Part shown: in pieces, positions 35,685 to 44,550 of the stretch
How the letters are laid out: each line of letters begins with the position of its first letter
Position numbering within the stretch: position 1 is the first letter of the stretch
From: Thermoproteota archaeon
GTDB taxonomy: Archaea > Korarchaeota > Korarchaeia > Korarchaeales > JAOZGB01
Direction of reading: 5' to 3'
DNA: 64,000 bases
Assembly (NCBI GenBank): GCA_037917685.1
Contig: JAVCBU010000003.1
Location: 1,941 to 65,940 of the forward strand
Made by a program: the position numbers and the translations under genes
The notes under the pieces: generated by a model
The model's database searches: none
The model's input: only the letters and a program-made list of their open reading frames with translations
What the model was told of the DNA's origin: nothing

Positions 35685-37064
35685 ATGTATGCAGGAGATT
35701 CTGAAGCCATATGCCCCAGCTGCGGCAGGTATATTGGTCCAAGGGATGTCTGCCCATACTGTGGTGCACGCGTTAAGAAGAGGCTGAGCGTTAGACTTCT
35801 TAAGATAGCTGCAGTCCTGCTAGCGGTTGTAGGCCTTCTAACTGTGAGGTTCGTAGCAGTGTATATTCAAACTCCTGTTGTAAAGGTTTCAGAGATAAAG
35901 CCTTCCATGAACTATGCACACATAAAAATGACAGGCATAGTTACCCGCTATCCCTCGCTGTACAGCGATGGTTCCCTGTCATTCTGGATAGATGACGGGA
36001 CAGGGGAGATCATGGTTAAAGCATATCGCTTTGAGGCCCAGGAGCTGCTTCAGTCCGGAAATGTTCCGGCCATGGGAGACAGGGTAGAAGTAGAAGGGAG
36101 TATTAGAATTAGAGAGGATTTCCAGTACTTGGTAATAGATCTCCCAAGCAAACTTGTTGTTGTAAAGCCCAATGTTTCAGGAAGCTATAGCCCAGCTGAA
36201 ATAGGGCTCGAACACCTAGGCCTAAAGGTTGAAGTGGTTGGGACAGCGTCTGGTGTAAGAGAAACAAGCAGCGGAGGTATAATCCTCTACCTTGAGGATG
36301 TTGGGGGGAACATTCAGGTTTACATACCTCCAATACTCCGTGTTCTAGGCTTCAACGAAACCATAATGGACGGTGTAAGGCTCAAAGTCGTAGGCTACGT
36401 CTCCCTATACCAGGGGGAGCTTGAAGTAGTCCCGGGAATGCCTCAAGAAATAATAGTGCTATCCCAGGTATTTGAATACGGCAGGGTAAGCATAGGCATG
36501 GTCAACGAGACCCTAGTCGGATCAATAATCGAGATAGAGGGTGAAATAGTGGAGGTTAGAACCTACAGCTCCGGCACACTTGTGAAAATAGACGACGGAA
36601 CCGGAACCCTCGACGTGTGGATACCAGTAGAGATCTACAGCGAGCACCCTAAAGTTGCCATGATAGCGCCCACAGCCAGGGCAAGGGCCAAAGGGCTATT
36701 GGCTGTCTACAAGGACAAGCTTGAAATTAAGGTTTCCAGGGTTGAAGACTTCCAGCTGCTGGAGGAGCCCGCCATAGAGATAACATCAATAGCCTCCATA
36801 ACGGAGTCAGACGAGGGGAGACTATTCATGATACAGGCTGAAATAACAGATGTGGTTCAGCTCTCAGCAGGACTTAAACTAGTAGTATCAGATGGCACAG
36901 GGACGATAGCTGTCTGGATATGGAACGACCTTCTAGAACAGATTATGATAGCAGACCAGTTTAAGCCGGGCGTGAAGATAAGGATCATAGGACAGCTTGT
37001 CATCTACAAGGGGACACTTGAACTGCAGCCTCTAAGCCCTGAATCAATAGAAATAATAGGGTAG
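35685..37064 (+). CDS. Membrane-tethered protein: N-terminal zinc ribbon, one TM helix, four tandem OB-fold-like domains
   Basis: CPSCGRYIGPRDVCPYCGARV, then KKRLSVRLLK, then the TM helix IAAVLLAVVGLLTVRFVAV. Four repeats follow of the pattern G.V....SG...(I/V)DDGTG.I.VW... (FWIDDGTGEIMVKAY, YLEDVGGNIQVYIP, KIDDGTGTLDVWIP, VVSDGTGTIAVWIW). Confidence 0.6.
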   Translation: MYAGDSEAICPSCGRYIGPRDVCPYCGARVKKRLSVRLLKIAAVLLAVVGLLTVRFVAVYIQTPVVKVSEIKPSMNYAHIKMTGIVTRYPSLYSDGSLSFWIDDGTGEIMVKAYRFEAQELLQSGNVPAMGDRVEVEGSIRIREDFQYLVIDLPSKLVVVKPNVSGSYSPAEIGLEHLGLKVEVVGTASGVRETSSGGIILYLEDVGGNIQVYIPPILRVLGFNETIMDGVRLKVVGYVSLYQGELEVVPGMPQEIIVLSQVFEYGRVSIGMVNETLVGSIIEIEGEIVEVRTYSSGTLVKIDDGTGTLDVWIPVEIYSEHPKVAMIAPTARARAKGLLAVYKDKLEIKVSRVEDFQLLEEPAIEITSIASITESDEGRLFMIQAEITDVVQLSAGLKLVVSDGTGTIAVWIWNDLLEQIMIADQFKPGVKIRIIGQLVIYKGTLELQPLSPESIEIIG

Positions 37065-38393
37065 GTGGCGAAAATGCCGGATTTCATGGCCTACGTGCTA
37101 TTCACACTTCTGGGGACGCTTATAGGCTCCATACTAAGCCTCATACCGTCACTCCACGTGTACAACGTCCTAGGAATACTTGTAATGTTTTCTGAAACCA
37201 TTGCTGTACATGTAAGCCTCGACAGGATAGCATTCATGCTTATAGGAATGGTTGTGGCATACGGCTTTCTCAATACCTTATCAACAGTTTACATCGGAGC
37301 CCCAGACGACAGCACGATATTCGTAGTATTCCCAAGCCAGAAGTACCTACTGGTGAGGAGGGGTCATGAAGCCACCCTCCTAGTAGGAATAGGAGGGCTT
37401 GCAGGCATAGCATTCCTCGTAGCCTTCTCCCCCCTAGCTGTGACGATATTCCCACCCCTACGCCAGCTCCTATCAGACCACCTACTCTGGATTCTCGTAG
37501 CCATCACAATATACATGTTTATGACAGAGTTTCCAAGGGAGACAGACAGGCCTAAGACGAGAAAGGGAAGGCTCTGGGAGGCGTGGAGAAGCCTGATAAT
37601 GGGGTGGATGGTTTTCGGGCTTTCAGGTTTGCTAGGCTTCATAACGTTCAACAAGCCTATAACACCGTTCCAGAACGCGTTCCAAAATCTTCTACCAGTA
37701 TTCATAGGGCTGTTTGCAATACCATGGATGCTTCTAAACATAATATCAAGGGTAAAGGTGCCAGAGCAGTATATAGCAGAGAGCGTAGACGTCGACCCAG
37801 TAGAGATATTCAGGGGAGCCTCAGCAGGATGCCTTGGAGGAATATTTGCAGCCTTCTTTCCGATGGTGACGGGCGGGATAGGGGCATTCCTGGCAGGCCA
37901 CGCTACAGCTCAGAAGGGAGATAGGCCATTCCTGATATCGCAGGGTGCAAACCGCGTAGTATACTATGTCGGAAGCTTCCTCCTACTATTCGTGCCAACA
38001 CTACACCTAACAAGGGGAGGGGCTGCATGGATACTCACAACCATGTACCAGCCTAAGACATGGCAGGAATACTACACAGCAGTAGCCATGATCGCCCTCT
38101 CAGGCGGAATATCCTTCATACTCCTAGTATACGCATCCAAGCTCTATGCAAGACTCGTCTCAAAGGTTAGCTACCGAAAGCTCTCAGCACTAGGCCTAAC
38201 GGCGGTAATAGCAATAGTCCTAATATTCACAGGGCCAGCAGGACTACTCGTAGCCATGACCGCTGCTGGAATAGGTCTAATGGCAAACCTGTTCCACACA
38301 AGAAGGATGAACCTCCTAGGATGCCTACTTCTACCAATGATCCTTGACCTATCAGGATACACAGGAACCTTAGCAAACCTCTTAGGACTATAA
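37065..38393 (+). CDS. TctA/DUF112-like polytopic permease
   Basis: The start abuts the upstream stop (GTG 37065 or ATG 37074). About 10-12 helices. The segments GSILSLIPSLHVYNVLG and YIGAPDDSTIFVVFPSQKYLLVRRGHEATLLVGIGGLAG resemble TctA signature regions as recalled. Confidence 0.45.
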   Translation: MAKMPDFMAYVLFTLLGTLIGSILSLIPSLHVYNVLGILVMFSETIAVHVSLDRIAFMLIGMVVAYGFLNTLSTVYIGAPDDSTIFVVFPSQKYLLVRRGHEATLLVGIGGLAGIAFLVAFSPLAVTIFPPLRQLLSDHLLWILVAITIYMFMTEFPRETDRPKTRKGRLWEAWRSLIMGWMVFGLSGLLGFITFNKPITPFQNAFQNLLPVFIGLFAIPWMLLNIISRVKVPEQYIAESVDVDPVEIFRGASAGCLGGIFAAFFPMVTGGIGAFLAGHATAQKGDRPFLISQGANRVVYYVGSFLLLFVPTLHLTRGGAAWILTTMYQPKTWQEYYTAVAMIALSGGISFILLVYASKLYARLVSKVSYRKLSALGLTAVIAIVLIFTGPAGLLVAMTAAGIGLMANLFHTRRMNLLGCLLLPMILDLSGYTGTLANLLGL

Positions 38394-38825
38394 CCGTAAT
38401 AGAAGTGGAAAGGATGCTCCATCACGTCTAAAACATAGACCTATGATCTAATAGAGTTCTAGCCACTATGGCGGAGAGTCTACGCTCACTTGCACGACAG
38501 ATGACAAGATGACTGATGAATATCTGTTGCTTAGAGAAAACCGACAGGTGATATCCCCTACTATTTGGTATACTCCCGATTAGAGCATACTGGATAATAA
38601 AGAGAAAGCGGAAAATACCAAGCGAAGAGGCAGCATCATCCATAGTAGACTTCATAGAAAGGTACGACGTTCCCAAGATTTCGCTGGAGAGGGGGACAAT
38701 TATACCTAACGGAGGTTAGGTATAATTTAGACATGCTGTAATTTGCCTGCAACCTTTAAGCTGTTCTTAGGGAAATTCTTTATTTAAGCCTTGCGTACTC
38801 ATAGTTAAGGGGTTGTAGGTTGAAG

Positions 38826-39842
38826 ATGATTACACACTTCAGCCTTGGGCTTGCGATTGCCAGCTTCTTTAAGGAGATAGTTTTAAAGTCCACCATGGAT
38901 GTTCCTTTGCTTGCTCTTGGTGGTGCATTCGCTCTCCTACCTGACTTTCTGGATTTTAAATTCTGGAAGTTTATGGAAAAGTACGACTATGTAGCCGATC
39001 CTGACCCCAACGATCCTGACCCTAAGATGGTGGCGGAAACTATCGCCAGGGCAATCGACGAGGCATACGAGACTGAAAGGATGGTGAGGGTTAAGCTACA
39101 TACCATGCAGCTTGGCTTCGACCACTGGCGTCAGTACCAGGTTGAATTCGACCAGGAGGAGAGGAAGATCCGTGTGAGAATAGGCCCGGTTGTTAGTACT
39201 GGTAAGGTTCCCTACCCAGAGACCGAGCCTCCCGAGGACAAGGCTTTGGGCGAGGCGGAGACTAAGCATCCTTTCCTAAAAATATATCCTAAGCCGACTG
39301 TGATAGACATCTTCACAGGGCCATCGATGGGGTTCAAGAGAGAGGGAGATTTGGTAAAGATACATTTCATACCGTTCCATAGGGAGTGGAGCCACAGCTT
39401 CACGGTTGGGGCTCTGATAGGTGCTATTGTAGCGCTCCTTGGAGGATTAAGCCTTGGATTGATGGCTATGATCGCGTTTTGGAGCCATGTGCTCTCAGAT
39501 CAGGTGGGCTTCTTAGGCTGTAACCTGCTCTGGCCATTTACCAAGGAGAGAACTCCTGGGTTCAAGCTTGCAGAGAGCGCCCATCCAGCTGCGAACTTTT
39601 CAACCGTATGGGCGTCTATAACAACAGTGATATGGAACCTTAACAGGTACGCCGAGCAGCAGGTATTATTCATCGATCCCTCTAAGTATTTCACAATGGT
39701 TGTCTTTCTACCGCCGGCATTGATCATAGGGGCAACATCCCTATACTACCGTAGAATAGGGCGGCCTGTAAGAACAGAGCTGGAACTGGAGGCTGAGGAG
39801 GCGCTGACAGAGGAGGAAGGACCATTTAAAGAGGGAGGATAG
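38826..39842 (+). CDS. Membrane-bound metal-dependent hydrolase-like protein (YdjM/DUF457-like) with a soluble insert
   Basis: Motifs MITHFSLGLAI, LLPDFLDF and HREWSHSF. The track ORF starts at TTG 38820. Confidence 0.5.
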   Translation: MITHFSLGLAIASFFKEIVLKSTMDVPLLALGGAFALLPDFLDFKFWKFMEKYDYVADPDPNDPDPKMVAETIARAIDEAYETERMVRVKLHTMQLGFDHWRQYQVEFDQEERKIRVRIGPVVSTGKVPYPETEPPEDKALGEAETKHPFLKIYPKPTVIDIFTGPSMGFKREGDLVKIHFIPFHREWSHSFTVGALIGAIVALLGGLSLGLMAMIAFWSHVLSDQVGFLGCNLLWPFTKERTPGFKLAESAHPAANFSTVWASITTVIWNLNRYAEQQVLFIDPSKYFTMVVFLPPALIIGATSLYYRRIGRPVRTELELEAEEALTEEEGPFKEGG

Positions 39843-39843
39843 A

Positions 39844-40442
39844 CTGGGAAAGCTTGGAAGAGAATTCTACCGTAGAGATGCTGTTACGGTTGCAAGGGAC
39901 CTACTTGGGAAACTTCTAGTGCATAGCTCGTCTGAGGGCTTGACATCGGGGATAATCGCCGAGACAGAGGCATACATGGGCGTTCATGACAGGGCATCCC
40001 ACACATATGGGGTAGAAGGACGAAGAGGACTGAAACGCTCTACGGACCCCCTGGGACCCTCTATGTCTACCTGGCATATGGAATCCACAGCCTTCTAAAC
40101 ATAGTGGTAGGCCCTGAAGAGGAGCCTATGGCTGTACTCCTGAGATCACTTATCCCATTTGAAGGCCTAGATATTATGGCTAAAAGAAGGGGGGTAGTGA
40201 TTAGGGGGGAGAAGGATGTTTCCAAGCTGTGCCGTGGACCTGGAAACCTGACCAGGGCGATGGGAATAACGGTTGATCATAATGGTGTAGATATCACTGG
40301 GGATAAAATCTACATTGTAGATATTGGCTACAGGGATTTCGACCTGGGGATAAGTAGCAGGATTGGTGTCGACTATGCAGGTGAGGATGCACTTAGACCT
40401 TGGAGATTCTATTTTAAGAACTCACCCTATGTATCAAAGTAG
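39844..40442 (+). pseudogene. mpg: 3-methyladenine DNA glycosylase (Mpg/AAG family), frameshifted at a G4 run and without a canonical start codon
   Basis: Frame A reads (L)GKLGREFYRRDAVTVARDLLGKLLVH...IIAETEAYMGVHDRASHTYG. After GGGG at 40009-40012 the family sequence continues in another frame: GRRTKRTETLYGPPGTLYVYLAYGIHSLLNIVVGPEEEPMAVLLRSL.... A fifth G would restore the frame. The only in-frame upstream candidate start is CTG 39844. Confidence 0.75.
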
Positions 40443-40483
40443 CCCCATTAGGAGAATAAAATATGGCTGGGTAGGGTGTACCT

Positions 40484-41125
40484 ATGGAGGTTGAAAGGAT
40501 TGTTGTAGGCATGTTAGGAGCGAACTGCTACATCATATATTGCCCCGGCACCAGGGAAGCTATGATCGTTGACCCAGGCGGCGACGGTGACAAGATCCTG
40601 GGAGTGGTTAAGTCGCTCGGGCTTTCAGTAAGGTATATTGTGAATACTCATGGGCACGCCGATCATACCGCGGCTAATAGCATTGTAAAGGCGGCTACTG
40701 GGGCACCAATAGCTATACATAGGGATGATGCATACCTGCTTAAGGATTTAACTCAGAAATACTGGTATCCGGAATTCAAAACCTCCAAGCCGGATATTCT
40801 ATTAGAGGATGGGATGGTTTTAGGGTTCGAATCTAAACATGGCCAGGTCAAATTCAAGATCATACATACGCCTGGCCACACTGCCGGGAGTATCTGCCTA
40901 TACCGGTCTAGAAGGCTGTTTTCAGGAGACACCGTCTTTAGGGGAGGCATAGGAAGAGTAGACCTAGCCTCTTCAAGGCCTAAACTCATGCCTGCATCCC
41001 TCAAAAAGATACTGTCCCTGCCCGCTGAAACCAGGATATACCCCGGCCACGGGCCTGAGACCACAGTAGAGATAGAAGAAAGAAATATCAGGGCAATAAT
41101 CCTAAGCCTCCAGCCGGACCTGTAA
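40484..41125 (+). CDS. MBL-fold metallo-hydrolase (glyoxalase II-like)
   Basis: Motifs NTHGHADH, IHTPGHTAGS, GDTVF and PGHG. Confidence 0.8.
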   Translation: MEVERIVVGMLGANCYIIYCPGTREAMIVDPGGDGDKILGVVKSLGLSVRYIVNTHGHADHTAANSIVKAATGAPIAIHRDDAYLLKDLTQKYWYPEFKTSKPDILLEDGMVLGFESKHGQVKFKIIHTPGHTAGSICLYRSRRLFSGDTVFRGGIGRVDLASSRPKLMPASLKKILSLPAETRIYPGHGPETTVEIEERNIRAIILSLQPDL

Positions 41126-41132
41126 AGTATGT

Positions 41133-41462
41133 CTATCCAACATCTGACTTGCTTTCTATCCTTTTTAGGAAGAGTTTCAAAGTTAGGTCTCTAAGCTCCT
41201 CTGACAGCCTTTCATACTCATTCCTCCTCCAGAGGTACACTAGGAACAGAAGCATAAATGGCATCATTGCTATCCCAAGTATCCAGATTACAAAGATAAG
41301 TATGCTTAAAGATTTAAACGTGAAAGCTCCAACTGTTAGACTCCAGACAAGCAATATTACCAGGCCGGATTTTATTATTGCCCATCGCTCCCTCCTTATT
41401 TCTAGACATCTCGCTTCAAGGGTTTCTATTCTACTTCTAAGTGTTTCCATGTCTTCCATCAT
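41133..41462 (-). CDS. Small membrane protein with flanking coiled-coil segments (function unknown)
   Basis: 109 aa. Two hydrophobic helices lie between charged helical ends. The opposite-strand ORF 41149-41481 is Ser/Leu-rich and looks antisense. Confidence 0.45.
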   Translation of the reverse strand: MMEDMETLRSRIETLEARCLEIRRERWAIIKSGLVILLVWSLTVGAFTFKSLSILIFVIWILGIAMMPFMLLFLVYLWRRNEYERLSEELRDLTLKLFLKRIESKSDVG

Positions 41463-41510
41463 ATCTATACACTTACAATAAATGTAATAAACCTACCGCA
41501 TCACCCCTGA

Positions 41511-42011
41511 TCATGGCTTAAGTCTACCGATTTTCTCATCCATTAAAACATCAAAATCGTCTCTCAATCCCCTTAGTCTGAAAGAAATGTAACCATCTTT
41601 GTCTATAAGTACGAACTCAGGCGTACCAGTTACGCCGTAAAGCTTGGAGATTGTTCCGTTGTCAACGATTATCTTCCAGCTTATATTCCTAATTTCAACA
41701 TAGTTTCTAGCCATCGTTACATTCTGATCTAAACATACCCCTACAATTATCATGCCTTTATACATGTCAGAAAGCCTCTTAATACTCTCCACGGCTTTCA
41801 TGCTAGGTATACATTTAATCCTCCAAAAGTAGAGCAGTACAACTTTCCCCCTATACTGTTTTAGCGAGAATGGTTTCCCATTTATGTCTATGGTCTGAAA
41901 GTTGGGTGCCTTCGTTTTGCCCAGTTCATATATTACTATCAGACTGAATGCGGCTACGAGCAGTATAGATAGCTTTAATGCTTTTTTACCGCTCTTCTTC
42001 AACTCAACCAT
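41511..42011 (-). CDS. Membrane-anchored thioredoxin-fold protein (TlpA/redoxin-like) with a CxxS active-site variant
   Basis: The likely start is Met45 of the track ORF (MVELKKSGKKALKLSILLVAAFSLIVIY). Motifs GKVVLLYFWRIKCIPSMKA and GVTGTPEFVLIDKDG. Confidence 0.6.
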   Translation of the reverse strand: MVELKKSGKKALKLSILLVAAFSLIVIYELGKTKAPNFQTIDINGKPFSLKQYRGKVVLLYFWRIKCIPSMKAVESIKRLSDMYKGMIIVGVCLDQNVTMARNYVEIRNISWKIIVDNGTISKLYGVTGTPEFVLIDKDGYISFRLRGLRDDFDVLMDEKIGRLKP

Positions 42012-42078
42012 ATATTGTGTGTGATAAAACTTTAATTCTAACCCTCCATGTAATGGTTTGAAGCTGGAGGGTACAGCG

Positions 42079-42696
42079 ATGGGTGCATGGCCAATATTAT
42101 TTGAAGCGTGCATGGAGGCTTTTAACGGCCTTGTAGCCATCACAGTGGGATATTATGCCTTCAAGGGGTACAGATTATTCTCCTCACGAAACCTATTCCT
42201 ACTTCATCTAAGCTTTATTCTGCAGGGTGCGGGGATGCTGACCCATAGTACTGCAAAAATACATTTCTTCCTTGCAAGCATGTCATCGCATGTGCCACCG
42301 AAACTTATCAGGGAAGCATTACTCAACAAAATATATACTGTGTACTTTGCAGCCCTTCTATCAGGATATCTAATACTGATATATGCTCACCTTTTACAGT
42401 CGAGGAAGCTACAGTATGGCATATTCCTGCCGCTACTTAGGGCATATGCGCCTGAGACGGAGGCGATACTGTTTCTAGCTTCGGTAGTACTTGCTGGCTT
42501 CTCATACTCTAACTATGGTGTCAGGGGGGACAGGAACAGCTTTCTTGTTTTCCTAGGTTTTCTCATGGTCTCCCTGAGTCATCTCATCCTCTTCTTGACC
42601 CCCACCGCCAGGTTAATCCCCTTATCAACCCTTCTAAGGGGTTCTGGATTCATATGCTTCCTGATAATGCTTAGCAGGGTGAAGAGGGCTGGCTGA
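42079..42696 (+). CDS. Polytopic membrane protein, function unknown
   Basis: About 205 aa with 6-7 hydrophobic helices. The track ORF starts at TTG 42058. Confidence 0.4.
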   Translation: MGAWPILFEACMEAFNGLVAITVGYYAFKGYRLFSSRNLFLLHLSFILQGAGMLTHSTAKIHFFLASMSSHVPPKLIREALLNKIYTVYFAALLSGYLILIYAHLLQSRKLQYGIFLPLLRAYAPETEAILFLASVVLAGFSYSNYGVRGDRNSFLVFLGFLMVSLSHLILFLTPTARLIPLSTLLRGSGFICFLIMLSRVKRAG

Positions 42697-42742
42697 GCCA
42701 AAATATAGGTCTAAGGTTAGAATTTGTGTAGATATACTCAAA

Positions 42743-42970
42743 GTGATAGAGGAGCACGGCAAGGCCAGACCTACAAGAATACTTTACTTGGCTAACCTCA
42801 GCCATGACAGGCTTAAAAGGTATATTGATGACCTGCTGTCGAAAAACCTAATAGAGGAAGATAAAGAGAACATCCATGTCACATATGTCTTGACAAATAA
42901 GGGTAGAAGGTTCCTTGTCGAGTTTAGGAAGGTTGAAGAACTTCTAAACGCCTTTGGCTTCGCCATATAG
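42743..42970 (+). CDS. Winged-helix DNA-binding protein (HTH_45-like); the conserved N-terminal helix extends upstream of the first canonical start
   Basis: ARPTRILYLANLSHDRLKRYIDDLLSKNLIEE...YVLTNKGRRFL. The in-frame upstream sequence (open from 42683) encodes RSKVRICVDILKV, which looks like the family's first helix. No ATG/GTG/TTG occurs there. Confidence 0.6.
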   Translation: MIEEHGKARPTRILYLANLSHDRLKRYIDDLLSKNLIEEDKENIHVTYVLTNKGRRFLVEFRKVEELLNAFGFAI

Positions 42971-42977
42971 AGGTGAC

Positions 42978-43427
42978 ATGTTGGGTTTCAAAGGTGCTTA
43001 TAACCTTGAGGAAATCTTCAGCTCAGCCCATAAGATCCTAGTTATAAGCTATAGTAAGGATAACCTTCAAGCAATCCTTAATAGAATAATTGAGCGCCAA
43101 GCCAGGGGGAAAATTACAGTGATACTAAGGAGCGATAATGGGAAGGTTCAAATACGTAATAACAGCTGTGGAGAAACAAGTGATGTAGCTGTCTCCGAAA
43201 TTCTGGATAGACTTGAGGGTGGGTGGCTTCTCGTAGTAGACGACATAACACTTTTTATCACTGAGGAAATGACAGACAAGTTCTTAAATACGATTAACAA
43301 TTACAGCAGATTCCTAGGTGGATGTAAATATCCTGTGGAGAATAACCTACAGGAAGGGTTGCGCCGGGTAGCAATGTACATGGATGTGGTTCTCTTTATT
43401 CCCTACGAAGTTCACTTGGAGGTTTAA
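42978..43427 (+). CDS. Uncharacterized protein (DUF835-like, tentative)
   Basis: About 149 aa. GGWLLVVDDITLFITEEMTDKFLNTINNY resembles the DUF835 core as recalled. The gene is adjacent to the wHTH gene. Confidence 0.3.
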   Translation: MLGFKGAYNLEEIFSSAHKILVISYSKDNLQAILNRIIERQARGKITVILRSDNGKVQIRNNSCGETSDVAVSEILDRLEGGWLLVVDDITLFITEEMTDKFLNTINNYSRFLGGCKYPVENNLQEGLRRVAMYMDVVLFIPYEVHLEV

Positions 43428-44526
43428 TGCCCAGCTGCTCCGCCAATAAGTTCATCATCCTCATCGTTTTAACATGGATGGGAATCCCTGTTTTAAGCCT
43501 TGTTTTAGCTGTCAACCAGGATTTTTCCCCATGTATCCAAATCCTACCAAAGTCTGGATGTAACTTAGATGATTTCAATATCTCCTTGTATCTCTCCATT
43601 TCTCTCTTGAACTTTGAAACATCTATAAAAGATTCCACCTTAATGGCGGCGAAGAAGTGCCCAACCCTACTTGGTTCAGGCCCCTGGGTAGGCCCAACCC
43701 TCACACCCCAGTTCGACCCTGAGAGCAAGCCTGAAAGGATGTCAACCATCAGGCTAAGCCCATAACCCTTGTGCCCTCCAAAAAGCTCTCCTAGCCCTCC
43801 AAGAGGGAGAAGAGCACCGGAAACTATGACCCTATCAGGGTTTGTCTCGTAGTCTCCACGCCTGTTTATAGCCCAGCCCTCAGGGATCTCCTTGCCAAGC
43901 CTTCTGTAAACTTCGAGCTTTCCAATTGGAACAATACTGGTAGCCATGTCTAGGACAAACGGGGGCTCTCTTTCGGTAGGTGCGGCGAAAGCTATCGGGT
44001 TTGTTCCTATGAGCCTTTCTACCGAGCCAGTTGGCGCGACGAGAGGCCTAGAATTAGTGAGAGATAGTCCTATCATATCTCTTTCCAACGCCATCATCGC
44101 ATAGTATCCCGCTATACCATAGTGGTTACTGTTTCTCACCGTAACAACGCCTACACCGTTTTCGTCGGCTTTTTTGATAGCCAGCTTCATAGCCCTGTAC
44201 GACACAGGCTGCCCGAGCCCGTAGTCCGCGTCTAAAACAGCGTAGACAGACCCCTCTCTTACAGTCTCAACCTTAGGATTAACCTTTACAACCCCGTTTA
44301 CTATACCGTCCACGTATCTTTTAAGCCTAGCAATACCATGGGAGCTTATCCCTCTAAGGTCAGCTGTAACTAGAACCTCCGCTGTTATCTCAGCATCCTC
44401 CCTTGGAACATTAAGGCTTACGAAAGTGTCGACTGCGAATCTTTCAAGCTCTTTGTGACTGTAATATCTGAACTCCGATCTTGGCCGCGGTGGAGACTTA
44501 TCGAAATCCTCCTCCAAGAACGCCAC
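43396..44526 (-). CDS. Ldh_2-family NAD(P)H-dependent 2-hydroxyacid dehydrogenase (malate/L-sulfolactate dehydrogenase-like)
   Basis: Motifs GISSHGIARLKRYV, VRNSNHYGIAGYYAMMA and GGHKGYGLS. GTG start. Confidence 0.8.
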   Translation of the reverse strand: MAFLEEDFDKSPPRPRSEFRYYSHKELERFAVDTFVSLNVPREDAEITAEVLVTADLRGISSHGIARLKRYVDGIVNGVVKVNPKVETVREGSVYAVLDADYGLGQPVSYRAMKLAIKKADENGVGVVTVRNSNHYGIAGYYAMMALERDMIGLSLTNSRPLVAPTGSVERLIGTNPIAFAAPTEREPPFVLDMATSIVPIGKLEVYRRLGKEIPEGWAINRRGDYETNPDRVIVSGALLPLGGLGELFGGHKGYGLSLMVDILSGLLSGSNWGVRVGPTQGPEPSRVGHFFAAIKVESFIDVSKFKREMERYKEILKSSKLHPDFGRIWIHGEKSWLTAKTRLKTGIPIHVKTMRMMNLLAEQLGIKPPSELRRE

Positions 44527-44550
44527 CTAAAAATAGGAGGGTAGGGAAAG

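Noticed and set aside
38428-38676. 82-aa minus-strand ORF and short + strand frames in the 38394-38819 gap
   Set aside because: The minus ORF has no motifs. A + strand frame encodes a plausible TM-plus-basic segment (LLFGILPIRAYWIIKRKRKIPSEEAASSIVDFIERYDVPKISLERG) but has no start codon. This is insufficient evidence for a gene, though it may be another remnant.
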